This document shows, one piece after another, positions 50,644-61,336 of a DNA stretch of 64,000 nt (its first letter is position 1; each line of letters starts with the position of its first letter). This DNA comes from a virus (taxonomy: Duplodnaviria > Caudoviricetes). The DNA lies in the IMG/VR virus record IMGVR_UViG_3300028888_000001. One strand, 5' to 3'. The notes below the pieces were generated by a model that saw only the letters and a program-made list of their open reading frames with translations, was not told the origin of the DNA and ran no database searches. A program made the position numbers and the translations under genes.

Positions 50644-51792
50644 ATGGAACGAGTCCCAACAAATTTTGATTTTTCTGTTTTAGGGCATCTTCTTGTGAAT
50701 TTAGATGAGGATCATTCTTCAACGACATTGTCTAAAATCCAAGCAGAGCTGAATAAATTCTTTATAAAAACAAAATGTAAAGGCGTTTATTTTACACGTA
50801 ATACTGATAAGCTTTTCTTTGGTATGAAAGTTTATCCTATAATATCTGGAGATGAAGCGATTAAAGTACTAACTGTAGATTCTCCATCTGTATTTGATGG
50901 ATACTATGTAGAGATCGATTCTAAGCTATGTGATCCAATGCTCTATATCAATGATAAAGAATGGGTCGCTTTAATGCTTCATGAGGTTGGTCATATTGTA
51001 TATGATACATCAACAATCGATGAAGTGAGAAATCATATTGATGCATATTTTGCTAGAAGCGGAGAAAGTATAGATCTTAAATCTTCTAGAGGATTTAGAG
51101 AATTATTAGCATGGGCTCTTAAAGATGCGTGCGTTAAAGCAGCTTCTATTTTTGCTAAGCATGGTAATAGTGAACTGATTGCTGACGCTTTTGTCGCTGG
51201 ATGTGGTTTTGGGCCAGAACTTGAATCTGCAATGAAGAAGATTGTTGCTGGGATCTCATATATGCAAAAAGATATCGATGATAGATTTATAGCTCTATCT
51301 TGGGTACTGCGAGTTGGTAGAGAGTTTGAGCTTTTTAGAATACCGGCTGTAAAAACTCTTAATAAAGCATCTATGCTTACCGGCTCTTCAATGGAACGTA
51401 AAGAAATTCAATATGCGTCTAAAGTATTAGCCACAATGAGTGATCCTATGTCTGAGGGAGTATTTGAAAATATTGGTAACGCATGGAATGCTGCTATGAA
51501 TAGATTCAAGCAGAAATCTATACGTGGTGTTAAGCAAGATGTTTATGAATTACAGCTTAGGCTTAGGACTGCTGAAGAAATGGATGAACTAATGACGATT
51601 ATTAGATCGTGTAATAACTATATTTCAATTCTTCAAGATTATATGACAGAAAATATTTCTGATAGCGAAAGAGAAGATTGCTGTAATGTGTTGCAAGATC
51701 TGTATGCTATACGTCAGCAAGCTGCTAAAGACAAGAATGTTAGAGCACGCTATTCTGGTTATATTCAAGTTGTATACCCATCAGCAGATTAA
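50644..51792 (+). CDS. Probable virion protein with HEXXH motif
   Basis: MLHEVGH ... ELIADAFV zincin-like motif; late operon. Confidence 0.6.
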   Translation: MERVPTNFDFSVLGHLLVNLDEDHSSTTLSKIQAELNKFFIKTKCKGVYFTRNTDKLFFGMKVYPIISGDEAIKVLTVDSPSVFDGYYVEIDSKLCDPMLYINDKEWVALMLHEVGHIVYDTSTIDEVRNHIDAYFARSGESIDLKSSRGFRELLAWALKDACVKAASIFAKHGNSELIADAFVAGCGFGPELESAMKKIVAGISYMQKDIDDRFIALSWVLRVGREFELFRIPAVKTLNKASMLTGSSMERKEIQYASKVLATMSDPMSEGVFENIGNAWNAAMNRFKQKSIRGVKQDVYELQLRLRTAEEMDELMTIIRSCNNYISILQDYMTENISDSEREDCCNVLQDLYAIRQQAAKDKNVRARYSGYIQVVYPSAD

Positions 51793-51972
51793 AATCACTG
51801 CAGCTGGGCTTAAAGCCCAGCTGTATTTTTTAAAATTTATAATGGTTGTATATTATAAAAACGATAGCAAAGAAAAGCTATCTAAAGAGAAATAACAAGC
51901 GGTAATAATTTACAATAACGCAAACAGAACAGTAACCCGTATTACGGCATTATCTAAAGGAGGAATAATATT

Positions 51973-52773
51973 ATGGCATTCAACAGCTATAATCAGAACA
52001 ATAATGACAAGAGACCGACTGTTAATACATATACACCGATATCGTTTACCAATCAAGATAGTAAGATAATGGACACCAGATTATCCATTTCTTATTTTAA
52101 TAAATTAATGTGTATTACCATCGCTGCGAGAACTAATGCTGGTAGTAGCGATTTCGCTACATATGATACGGATAACCCCGTGTCTATTTATATTTCTTAT
52201 TCCAAAGCTAAGATCTTGCATGATGCAATTCTCAATATGCTTTCCAAGCCAAATGAAATCCATAATGTCTGTGTGGAGCTTAAGAACGGCTTGCTAAAAA
52301 TTTCCGATGGTGTAGAGTATGGTTCATCCAATCCATGCATTGCTATTTTGTATGCTAAAGATAATGCTGGTGTGAATGAGATTATCTATGAAACCAAATC
52401 AGACATGTACTACGCTGCTTATAATTATGATAATGAGCAGTATAGTTCTATGCCGTTCCCGAAATTTGAGATCGAGACATTTGCTATGATCTTGGAACAG
52501 TATTATATAGCATCAAGCTATGCATACGCTGCGATGAATCGTGAAGCAAATATGTATGCGTCTAAATTTACCAGTGACATTCTTAAAGGTATCGCTGGTA
52601 AGGTAGGATATCAATATAGCAGCAGTAGCGGATCTGGAAACTTTAACAATAAGAGTTTTTTGAGTGGCAATAATAGTTCTTCTAGCAGCAAACCGCAGTT
52701 CAATGGAGATGTTCCAACAGAGTATCAGCAGTCTACATTTAGCGACATTGCTAATTCACTGCTTGACGAATAA
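51973..52773 (+). CDS. Possible ssDNA-binding protein
   Basis: Beta-rich core, S/N/G linker, acidic end; both promoter types upstream (51847, 51923). Confidence 0.4.
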   Translation: MAFNSYNQNNNDKRPTVNTYTPISFTNQDSKIMDTRLSISYFNKLMCITIAARTNAGSSDFATYDTDNPVSIYISYSKAKILHDAILNMLSKPNEIHNVCVELKNGLLKISDGVEYGSSNPCIAILYAKDNAGVNEIIYETKSDMYYAAYNYDNEQYSSMPFPKFEIETFAMILEQYYIASSYAYAAMNREANMYASKFTSDILKGIAGKVGYQYSSSSGSGNFNNKSFLSGNNSSSSSKPQFNGDVPTEYQQSTFSDIANSLLDE

Positions 52774-53456
52774 TGGTCAAAGGTAAAGATAATACATTGC
52801 TAGTCGAGTTCGATTTTTTAATCGATCTCGATTTAGCAATGTATAGATTTGTCGCTAAAAATTTTTTGAACTCTCCATTGCTAAATAGAGATGTTATGTC
52901 TCTAAATAATGAGAATAAAATCAAATATATAATGCTAGCTAGAAAACACATAAATCCGCTAGAGATAATGTTTAAAGAAGAGTACAATGTTGGGCCTTCT
53001 TATTATGAATTACTAGATACAAGTTTATATTTGGAAATACTTAAAAATGCTACTGCATATGATACATTTGCTTTAATGGTAACGTTTCTACGGGAAGCGT
53101 CAAGCGTATCTATAGACGTTTTATGTAAATCCGATGTAGAGGCTGATATTATTAAAGCAATGAATCCAAAACTTTCTACAGTAAGATTCCCTGTAAAGAG
53201 AGAGATAAATCTTAAACCTTATACTGCGTTGTATCTTAAATATTTTGTAAATGCAACCCAGTATGATAATCTTAATGGTAAGCATATCTATATTCCATGT
53301 GCTAAGTTTAATATGGAAGATGAGGAAGATATTGTAGATCATAAGATGCTTGAACTATTTGGGCACTCAAATGAAATTCATCTTATAGATCTATATACTA
53401 ATATCAAATATATTCCAAAAAGAAAGGGCAAGATTGATGATGAAGATGTATTCTAA
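52773..53456 (+). CDS. Hypothetical protein
   Basis: Coupled to its neighbours. Confidence 0.7.
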   Translation: MVKGKDNTLLVEFDFLIDLDLAMYRFVAKNFLNSPLLNRDVMSLNNENKIKYIMLARKHINPLEIMFKEEYNVGPSYYELLDTSLYLEILKNATAYDTFALMVTFLREASSVSIDVLCKSDVEADIIKAMNPKLSTVRFPVKREINLKPYTALYLKYFVNATQYDNLNGKHIYIPCAKFNMEDEEDIVDHKMLELFGHSNEIHLIDLYTNIKYIPKRKGKIDDEDVF

Positions 53457-55194
53457 TATCGTCCCACAAGATATAGTTAGAAAAACTCAAAGAGAAACAT
53501 TAACTATCATCGCTGATGCATTGAGTAATTCATTTGGTCCTAAGGGATCTACTACAGCTATAGTGAAGCATTTAGATCCTAACGAGGCAAATATTTCTAT
53601 AGAGTATACCAAAGACGGCCATACGATTGTAAAATCTATGATGTTTATGGGTACCATTGAAAGATCTGTACAAGATCTTCTTACAGAATTAACAAGATAC
53701 GTTGTTAAAGAAGTTGGCGATGGCACGACTTCTGCTGTAATTCTGTGCAAGACTGTATTCGATGCTCTGTGTGATAATGATAGAATTAATGCATGCTCTC
53801 CGTCTGATACATTACATAGATTCCATGAAGTAATCGAGGAAGTTAATAAGCGTATTCTTAAACTAGCAAAAGAATGTACTATAGATGATATCTATAATAT
53901 AGCTCTCATTTCTACCAACAATAATGAAGAAATATCTAAAACACTCTTAGGCATCTATAAGAAATATGGATTAGATGTCTACATCGATGTTGGTATTTCT
54001 AATGAAACAGAAAACATAGTAAAAGAATATGATGGAATGACATTAGACACCGGATTTACAGATATCTGCTTTGTTAATGATAAAGCCAATAATACTGCAA
54101 AAGTCGTAAATCCAAGTGTTTATTGTTTTAATGATCCTATCGACACACCAGAAATGCTAGGGCTGCTGGATGCAATATTGGAGCATAATATTCTTCGCTG
54201 CTATAGACCAAATTCTGTATATGAGCCAATCCCTACAGTTATATTAGCCAAGAAAATCACTCCAGATTCTTCTTCTTATTTTGAAACTGTAGTAAAGCTC
54301 ATGAATCAGTATCCTGGAAAGATTCCGCTTCTTATAGTGTCTGACATTCATCAGGATTATTTATATGAAGACATAGCTCAAATGTGCGGAGCTAAATTCA
54401 TTAAGAAATATATCTCTCAGGAGATTAAACAGAAAGACGTTGAAGCAGGTATTGCTCCTACAATAGAAAATGTATGGGAATTCTGTGGCCACGCCGATGA
54501 AATTAGAGCAGATCAGCTCAAGACTCAGGTTATCAGACCAGCAAAAATGTTTAACGAAGACGGTACTAAGTCTGAAGAGTATAATACTATGCTTACATAT
54601 TTAGAGACTCAGATTACCAAAGCTATTAAAGAAGACGCTGGTGTAAATGAGATTGCTAGAACCAAGAGAAGATACAATTCATTCAAGGGTAATATGATTG
54701 ACTTCTTGATTGGTGGATTAACTTTAGCCGATAGAGAAGCTTTAAAGTCCTCTGTTGAAGATGCTGTGTTAAACTGCAGATCCGCTGCTGTAAATGGTGT
54801 TGGATACGGTGCAAACTATATGGCATTTAAAGTCTTATCTGATATGATTCATGAACCTAAATGGGAATCTAACGTCATAGTAGATATTCTTTATACGGCA
54901 TACTATGATCTCATTAAGATTCTTTATACTAAGAGCTTTGGTATTGATGAGATTATTCCTATAATTAATAATAGCATTAAGTATGGTTGCCCATTGAATA
55001 TCAGAACCAATGAATATGATCATGACGTACTGAGTTCTATTAAGTCTGATATTATAGTTCTCGAAACTATAGATAAAATTCTAGCCCTTATGTATACAAC
55101 AAATCAATATCTTGTACCTACACCAGCTCATAATATGTATATAGAGGCTAAGGAAAATGAAAATGCTTCCACTAAAAAATCCTCAGAATCTTGA
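53434..55194 (+). CDS. Phage GroEL-like chaperonin
   Basis: SFGPKG, YTKDGHTI, EVGDGTTS, DGMTLDTG, VEDAV, GYGA motifs. Confidence 0.92.
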   Translation: MMMKMYSNIVPQDIVRKTQRETLTIIADALSNSFGPKGSTTAIVKHLDPNEANISIEYTKDGHTIVKSMMFMGTIERSVQDLLTELTRYVVKEVGDGTTSAVILCKTVFDALCDNDRINACSPSDTLHRFHEVIEEVNKRILKLAKECTIDDIYNIALISTNNNEEISKTLLGIYKKYGLDVYIDVGISNETENIVKEYDGMTLDTGFTDICFVNDKANNTAKVVNPSVYCFNDPIDTPEMLGLLDAILEHNILRCYRPNSVYEPIPTVILAKKITPDSSSYFETVVKLMNQYPGKIPLLIVSDIHQDYLYEDIAQMCGAKFIKKYISQEIKQKDVEAGIAPTIENVWEFCGHADEIRADQLKTQVIRPAKMFNEDGTKSEEYNTMLTYLETQITKAIKEDAGVNEIARTKRRYNSFKGNMIDFLIGGLTLADREALKSSVEDAVLNCRSAAVNGVGYGANYMAFKVLSDMIHEPKWESNVIVDILYTAYYDLIKILYTKSFGIDEIIPIINNSIKYGCPLNIRTNEYDHDVLSSIKSDIIVLETIDKILALMYTTNQYLVPTPAHNMYIEAKENENASTKKSSES

Positions 55195-55365
55195 ATTTGA
55201 AAGGTTATATGCTAATAACTCTAAGCGATGGGGATATACCAAGATAGGCGTATGTCCCCATTGTGGGCATTATCGAAAGATATAAAAATGCTTGAATTTC
55301 ATTGTAGAGTATGTGATAAAGATTTGAAATATTGGCTAGATGAAGATGCTATTAATAATTTTTAA
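55157..55365 (+). pseudogene. Frameshifted Zn-ribbon ORF
   Basis: MKMLPLK..CPHCGHYRKI* in one frame and LEFHCRVCDK..F* in the adjacent frame. Confidence 0.4.
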
Positions 55366-55393
55366 AATAATTATTGGGAGGAGGTGAAAAATA

Positions 55394-56179
55394 TTGGCTG
55401 ATGGAATGTCTTTTGATAAATATATAGATAATCCTTCTGGAGGTCAAGTATTCACTAACCGCCAAATGTATAAAAGTATGTATAAGCGTAAGTTCGACAT
55501 TTTGATGGTGCGAGAACAAAATCACGTAGCTTATAAAATATATAAAGCTGATGATACTGTAGACGCTTATTATATTCATTTTAAGATACCATCTGAAGTT
55601 GTGCCTAATTTCTACTATGATGTAGTCATTAGATTATTCACAACCGAAAATGTGAAGAAAAACCAAGCCAATTTAAGAAATTACGCTGTTAATTTCTATT
55701 CAAATGACCCGGCTTTCGTTTATACATTTGCTCATGCATTTAAAAAGAATAAACTTTTCATACCAGATTTAGAGCCTAAGATGTCTAAAAGAGCATTAAG
55801 GGAAAATGCTGATGTTAGAAATCCTAAAAATAATGTCTGGTACGTAAAATCATTATTCTTTGCTTATCTAGCGATGGAGAAATATAATCTATTTTCTAGA
55901 TCAATGCTAAATCAAAATTCTTCTAAGTATAATAAAAAAGAATTACTTAAAAATATAACTGACGCTGATACTAAAGTTGCCGCAAGACAGTTTGAAGAGA
56001 GCAAATTAAAAGAGCAACAGAAAAAAGAAAAAGACGATGCGGAGAGAGAACGTCATAGAAAATATTTATCTGCTTATCCAAGAAACAACCTAACTAAAGT
56101 TTCTAAAGTCACTACAACTTCTAAGGTCTCCAAGGTTACAAAGACCTCCAAAGTTTCAAAAAGAACAAAAATAACATAA
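55394..56179 (+). CDS. Hypothetical protein with basic SKV(T/S) repeat tail
   Basis: RBS ggaggagg with TTG start. Confidence 0.75.
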   Translation: MADGMSFDKYIDNPSGGQVFTNRQMYKSMYKRKFDILMVREQNHVAYKIYKADDTVDAYYIHFKIPSEVVPNFYYDVVIRLFTTENVKKNQANLRNYAVNFYSNDPAFVYTFAHAFKKNKLFIPDLEPKMSKRALRENADVRNPKNNVWYVKSLFFAYLAMEKYNLFSRSMLNQNSSKYNKKELLKNITDADTKVAARQFEESKLKEQQKKEKDDAERERHRKYLSAYPRNNLTKVSKVTTTSKVSKVTKTSKVSKRTKIT

Positions 56180-56242
56180 AGCAGGAAATAGTTATATATT
56201 ATAAATTCGTAGCAATGAAATCTTAGGAGGAGAAAAACAAGC

Positions 56243-58182
56243 ATGAAGATGTATGATTTAGTAAATAAGGAGGGATTTATCCATGTTGATGATTGGGACA
56301 CTGAAGAAAACCCGGCCCCGGAAGAAGATCGAATATTCAAAAACATTAAGGGAGAGATAATATTACCAATACATGAGCTGTTTGGTAATCCAAATGACTC
56401 AGCGGATGCACAACAATTAGATTATTTTGCTATGTCACCAAAACGTTCATATAATTCAGATGAGACTAGAGAACATATTTGCCGTTATCTGAATTATTTT
56501 GAAAAGTTTTATGATACTGACAAAGAATTGTTAATGGTTTTGTATGAAATCAAGATAAATATAGACTACATTCATAGTTATTCTATTCAGAACTTCATGG
56601 ATGATGTCAATAGATACATCATACGAAATCTCAATATAACGCTGAAGATTAGGCATTTTGTAGATGATAATTATTTGATGCATCTAACGTCGAACAATAG
56701 AACTCCGAATCTTCAGTTTAACAATGTACACGCAAAGATACTTTACGAAATTTCTCTTTTGAGCAATATGTATATACCATTAGCTTGCCACTATATGTAT
56801 ATACATTTCATAAAAAATGAAAAAATAGCAGAATTTATGTTGCAACTATTTGATATGGCTATGGTAAAATATGAAGAAGAGCGAGGTGTGTATATATTTG
56901 ATAAGCTATTAGAGACAGCCATTTCAGTTGTAAATAAATCTAAGAATCCAGATCAGCTATTATGGGAAAAGAATCTTATTCGTGGTAATAATACAACAAC
57001 GCATGCAAGAGACAGCGTTAATGATATTATCCTTCAAATTCTTCCCAAATATAAGTATACTGCAAACGTTGTATCATTTAATTATTATTCAAGTAGAAAA
57101 ACTTTGCAGTATAAAATTACTGATAATTCGTATGAATTTAATTTTTCTAAGTTAAGTTCATCGAAAAGAGATAGTGATCAAAACAGCGAATACGATAAAA
57201 TATCTTGTCGCCTCATTGTGGTAACACAGTGTTGAATAACTCTTTTTAATTGCTGGGAAGTGCTAAGAGCCTCTATGCCTAAATGGAGACGAAAGTCAGA
57301 AATAAGTTAGAGGATGGCTCATGCTGAAATAAAAGCTTCACTTATGTGAGGTGCTAAAAGCCGTTAACAATGTATAATCAGCAACCAAGCTATATTTATA
57401 CAATATAGAAGGTTCAACGACTATCTTAGGAATAAGATTAGAGCTCAAGTGAGTTCAAAATGGAAGAGCATCCTATACGACATAGGATGGTGATATAGTC
57501 TGAGCATCCAGAGAAATACTGGAGAAGTTCATAAGAGAACTGCTAGGATTAACGACCCTAGTGAACATAGCTGAGGTATGAGGCCCGATTATCGAAGAGA
57601 GACGAAGCTCTGTATCTTCAGAATAAAGTTGCAGCTGAGCAAACTGTAAAAGTTATAGAGCAATTATATGGGCCATTTGAACAAGAAGAAATCAATCACT
57701 ATAAAGCTAAACTTATAGTAGATGGATCTCCACTAATTCATCCACTACAAAGACAGCTTATAGGATATCTTTATTATAAAGACTTCTCAGATCCGATAAC
57801 ATACATGAGTATACATAACTCGACAGATTATATTAAACTCATTATTGCGGCTAAGAGAATGTTACTTAATACTGGCATGGTATTATTACCATATATAATG
57901 AGTTCTAAAGTTACTCGATTGGCAACTAGAAAAATTATATCTAAAAGAGACATCACTAAGCAAGAGAATTCCGTTATATATGAACAGCTTAAAGAAAAAT
58001 ATAATAATGAAAAAGTAATTCAAAAGATATGGGAATTTATAGGAATGGTATGCTCTTCTTCATTTCAGATTATTGATTATGATATTAATAACCATTGCCC
58101 TACTCAATATGATGGAAAAATGGTTCCAATGATTAACGATATTTTGAATGAGGAATTGTTATTCTTTATAATTTCAATTTGA
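56243..58182 (+). CDS. Intron-split 520-aa protein (56243-57196 + 57574-58182), candidate sigma-like promoter-specificity subunit of the nvRNAP
   Basis: Spliced frame continuous (SEYD|RYEARLSKRDEALY). Function inferred only from size, early-type promoter and position two genes from the chaperonin, as for AR9 gp226/gp228. Confidence 0.55.
57197..57573 (+). ncRNA. Group I intron (377 nt, no ORF)
   Basis: P aattgctgggaa, Q aatcagcaacc, R gttcaacgacta, S gatatagtc; P1 cgaU/gucg; P10 aggtat/atatct; terminal G. Confidence 0.93.
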
Positions 58183-58194
58183 GAGGAAAATATA

Positions 58195-58488
58195 ATGGCG
58201 ATCCATCATAGCTCGTATGATAAAGTCGAAACGATTAATCTTACAAATACAGATGTTCTGGTTGCAGATAAATTGCTTAGATTACAATTAAGCAACATCA
58301 GGAAAGCCAAACATCTTACACAAAAAGAATTGAGCGATATTTGCGGATTATCAGAGAGTACAATCTCTAGCATTGAATCTGGTGCTGGAGAATCTTCTCC
58401 AACATTGAGAAGTCTTACCAGATATGCTTTAGGAGTTGGAGCAGAAATAGACATTCGCATTATAGATAAAAATATACTTAATGAGTAA
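58195..58488 (+). CDS. XRE-family HTH protein
   Basis: LSNIRKAKHLTQKELSDICGLSESTISSIESG..PTLRSL. Confidence 0.9.
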   Translation: MAIHHSSYDKVETINLTNTDVLVADKLLRLQLSNIRKAKHLTQKELSDICGLSESTISSIESGAGESSPTLRSLTRYALGVGAEIDIRIIDKNILNE

Positions 58489-58596
58489 CACTTAAGTAAG
58501 GGTTGATTGCCTTTCTTTTTATCATATAAAACAGAATTCGGAGTGGTACCGCTAGCCACTCCGGATATGTTTTGCTATCTTTTAAGGAGAAAAATA

Positions 58597-59769
58597 ATGA
58601 TTAGAAAAATTCATATTTATCATCATAACGATAATGATGGAAAGTTTGCTGCTGCGTTAATGTATCAATATTTTAAGAGATACGACAAGCGATATAGAAA
58701 AACATTATTTTATTCAATAGATTACATCACAGAGATTAATCTAGAGAATATTCCTATGGAAGATTGTTTAATATTTGTAGATTACTCATTCTCCAATCAG
58801 CATAATGCTGATCAATTGCTTAAAGCTCATGAGCGAAATATACCGATCGTATGGATCGATCATCATAAATCTTCTGAGCATTTCTTATGGAATGTTCTTG
58901 GTAGAGACGTATATGGTATACAAGAGCAAGATAATCTAGTCACATATTATGATACAACATTCAGTGCTACTAGATTATGCTGGAACTATTGTCGTTCTAG
59001 AGCTATAGTTAAATCTGAGGTTGAACCATGGGATAAAGTTAAGACATACACTGAAGCAGAATATATTGCTAATAATATTCCTAACTTTATTAAGTACGTA
59101 GATGATTATGATCTGTGGAAATTTTCTAAAGGCGATAATGCTCATCTATTCCACTATGGTGTTAACGTACAAGAATATAATCTTAAAACGCTTATCAATG
59201 ATATATTATCAGAAAGAGACGTAGCAATGTCAGACTCTTATAATATTTTCGAAGACCAGATTGATAGTATTAATAAAAAATCATTTAAATTCATTCAAGA
59301 TGTTCTTGGCGTTGGAGGAAATATTTTAAAGTATAATGACGTCAGATACAATCTTGAAAGAGAATTTGGAGCTTTCCAATTTAAGATTGTAGATACATTC
59401 ACTACAAAGAATAAATTGACATGGACAGGCGTTGCCATGAATATTCATTCCAATTCAGAATCATTTGGAGATCTATACAATAAGTATGATATAGTTTGCC
59501 CGTTTGTTATGAGCAAACATGGACTATGGAAATATAGCCTATTCTCTAAAATGAAAGATCCTAACTTAGATCTTTCAAAATATGCTGAGATTCTAGGCAG
59601 CACTAAAGGCGGGTCTGGAGGCGGCGGGCATGCTAAAGCTTCAGGATTCCAGCATTATGATCTGCTGTTAGCACCAAATGTAGTCATTTACATTAAACCA
59701 AAAGCATTTAGCAAAAAACCTGTCGTTTCATATGAAATTTTAGATACAGATTTATTTGAAAAGGCTTAA
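58597..59769 (+). CDS. DHH/DHHA1 phosphoesterase
   Basis: HHNDNDG, FVDYS, WIDHH, DDYDLW, GGGHAKASG; RBS aaggag before 58597. Confidence 0.88.
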   Translation: MIRKIHIYHHNDNDGKFAAALMYQYFKRYDKRYRKTLFYSIDYITEINLENIPMEDCLIFVDYSFSNQHNADQLLKAHERNIPIVWIDHHKSSEHFLWNVLGRDVYGIQEQDNLVTYYDTTFSATRLCWNYCRSRAIVKSEVEPWDKVKTYTEAEYIANNIPNFIKYVDDYDLWKFSKGDNAHLFHYGVNVQEYNLKTLINDILSERDVAMSDSYNIFEDQIDSINKKSFKFIQDVLGVGGNILKYNDVRYNLEREFGAFQFKIVDTFTTKNKLTWTGVAMNIHSNSESFGDLYNKYDIVCPFVMSKHGLWKYSLFSKMKDPNLDLSKYAEILGSTKGGSGGGGHAKASGFQHYDLLLAPNVVIYIKPKAFSKKPVVSYEILDTDLFEKA

Positions 59770-59772
59770 ATT

Positions 59773-60834
59773 ATGTATAATCTTATAAGGCAAGAATTTA
59801 TAGAGATGGTACGTTCATTCTACCCATCTGTAAAAGTTGCTTCTGGTGGTACTGAAATCGTAGTAAGATGTATGTTATGTGGAGATTCAGAAAATCGAAA
59901 TCATGCTCATATGTATATTTCAGTACCACAAAACTATGATGAGATACCATTTTATCATTGTAAAAAATGTAACGCCTCAGGAATTGTAGACGACATATTT
60001 TTACGTAAGCTTGGATGTGAAGACTCTAGAGTTTTAATAGATCTACTTAAGCATATAAACGATATTAAGAGATCCCCTAAATATTCTAAGCTTTACCAAG
60101 TAGACATTTATCCATTAAAAAATCAATTCATTTCAAATCAAGCTTGGAATCAACCCAAGCTTGATTATATTAACAAACGTATAGGGTCTAGTTTTAGTAT
60201 ACAAGATCTAATACAGCTAAAAATATTTCTAAATATTGGCGATATTATCGTACAGAATGATTTACTACTTACAAGACATGAGTCTATTGTTAAAGCATTA
60301 CACGAGCATTTTATTGGGTTTATATCATATGATAACTCTTATTGCATACTCAGAAAATATGATAATGCTGAGTTATATCAATCTATAAATAAGAGATACG
60401 TTAATTATAACCTGATAAGCAAGAATGATAACAATAAAGATTTCTATGTCATACCAACAACCATAGATATTCAATCAACCACTCCTGTAAAAATACATAT
60501 CGCAGAGGGAGTCTTTGATATACTATCGATATTTTATAATCTCAATAGGTGTAATAATACACAGAATATCTATATATCAGCTTCAGGCAAATCATACTCT
60601 CAAGCTTTAAGTTTTATACTAAAAGAGACTAGAGTTATAAATTATGAATTACATATATACCCAGATAATGATGTAAGCGATTATTCTCTTAAAAAACTCA
60701 TGCTTAATTCAATAGCGGCGCTCCCAACAGACATCTATATACATAGGAATATCTATACTGGAGAAAAAGATTATGGTGTTCCGTTAAGTAGAATAACAGA
60801 CTCTGTTGAGGTTATATATGAGGAAAAGCTATAA
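59773..60834 (+). CDS. DNA primase (Zn finger + TOPRIM)
   Basis: RCMLCGDS..FYHCKKC, IAEGVFD, YPDND, KDYG. Confidence 0.85.
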   Translation: MYNLIRQEFIEMVRSFYPSVKVASGGTEIVVRCMLCGDSENRNHAHMYISVPQNYDEIPFYHCKKCNASGIVDDIFLRKLGCEDSRVLIDLLKHINDIKRSPKYSKLYQVDIYPLKNQFISNQAWNQPKLDYINKRIGSSFSIQDLIQLKIFLNIGDIIVQNDLLLTRHESIVKALHEHFIGFISYDNSYCILRKYDNAELYQSINKRYVNYNLISKNDNNKDFYVIPTTIDIQSTTPVKIHIAEGVFDILSIFYNLNRCNNTQNIYISASGKSYSQALSFILKETRVINYELHIYPDNDVSDYSLKKLMLNSIAALPTDIYIHRNIYTGEKDYGVPLSRITDSVEVIYEEKL

Positions 60835-61216
60835 ACGAATAAGAGAATTTAATTATTATAAAACAAAAGAAAAATTAATAAATGATATAAATGTAAATTA
60901 TATAGAAAACTCAAGATCAATTTTTGATAATGCTTCAGAGCATTCATTTTGGGCATCTGACGATAAGTTAGAATACAAAGAACGAGATTTAAAGCGAATC
61001 ATGGTGAATAACATTCGACATACACAATGTGAGTATGATAAAGCATTAAATAAATTAACTAGAGTTTCTAGAAAAGCAAGACAAGATTCTCAAATAGCGT
61101 ATCATTTATATAAAAACGCTACACTGAATGCCATTGGTAAACAATATCCGTATTTGGAAGAAGAATGTGCTAGACAAAAACATAAGGTGCCAATGATGAG
61201 AATTGTAAAACCCTAG
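60818..61216 (+). CDS. Hypothetical basic protein
   Basis: RBS gagg; overlaps the primase end. Confidence 0.65.
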   Translation: MRKSYKRIREFNYYKTKEKLINDINVNYIENSRSIFDNASEHSFWASDDKLEYKERDLKRIMVNNIRHTQCEYDKALNKLTRVSRKARQDSQIAYHLYKNATLNAIGKQYPYLEEECARQKHKVPMMRIVKP

Positions 61217-61336
61217 AGGATTGCTCCTCTAGGGTAATCTTGCGTGATTATAATTATATATTATAAATATGATTATTAATAACTCTTAGGACTTATTAAT
61301 AATCAAATATATCCAAGGGGGTAAATAAGGGGAATT

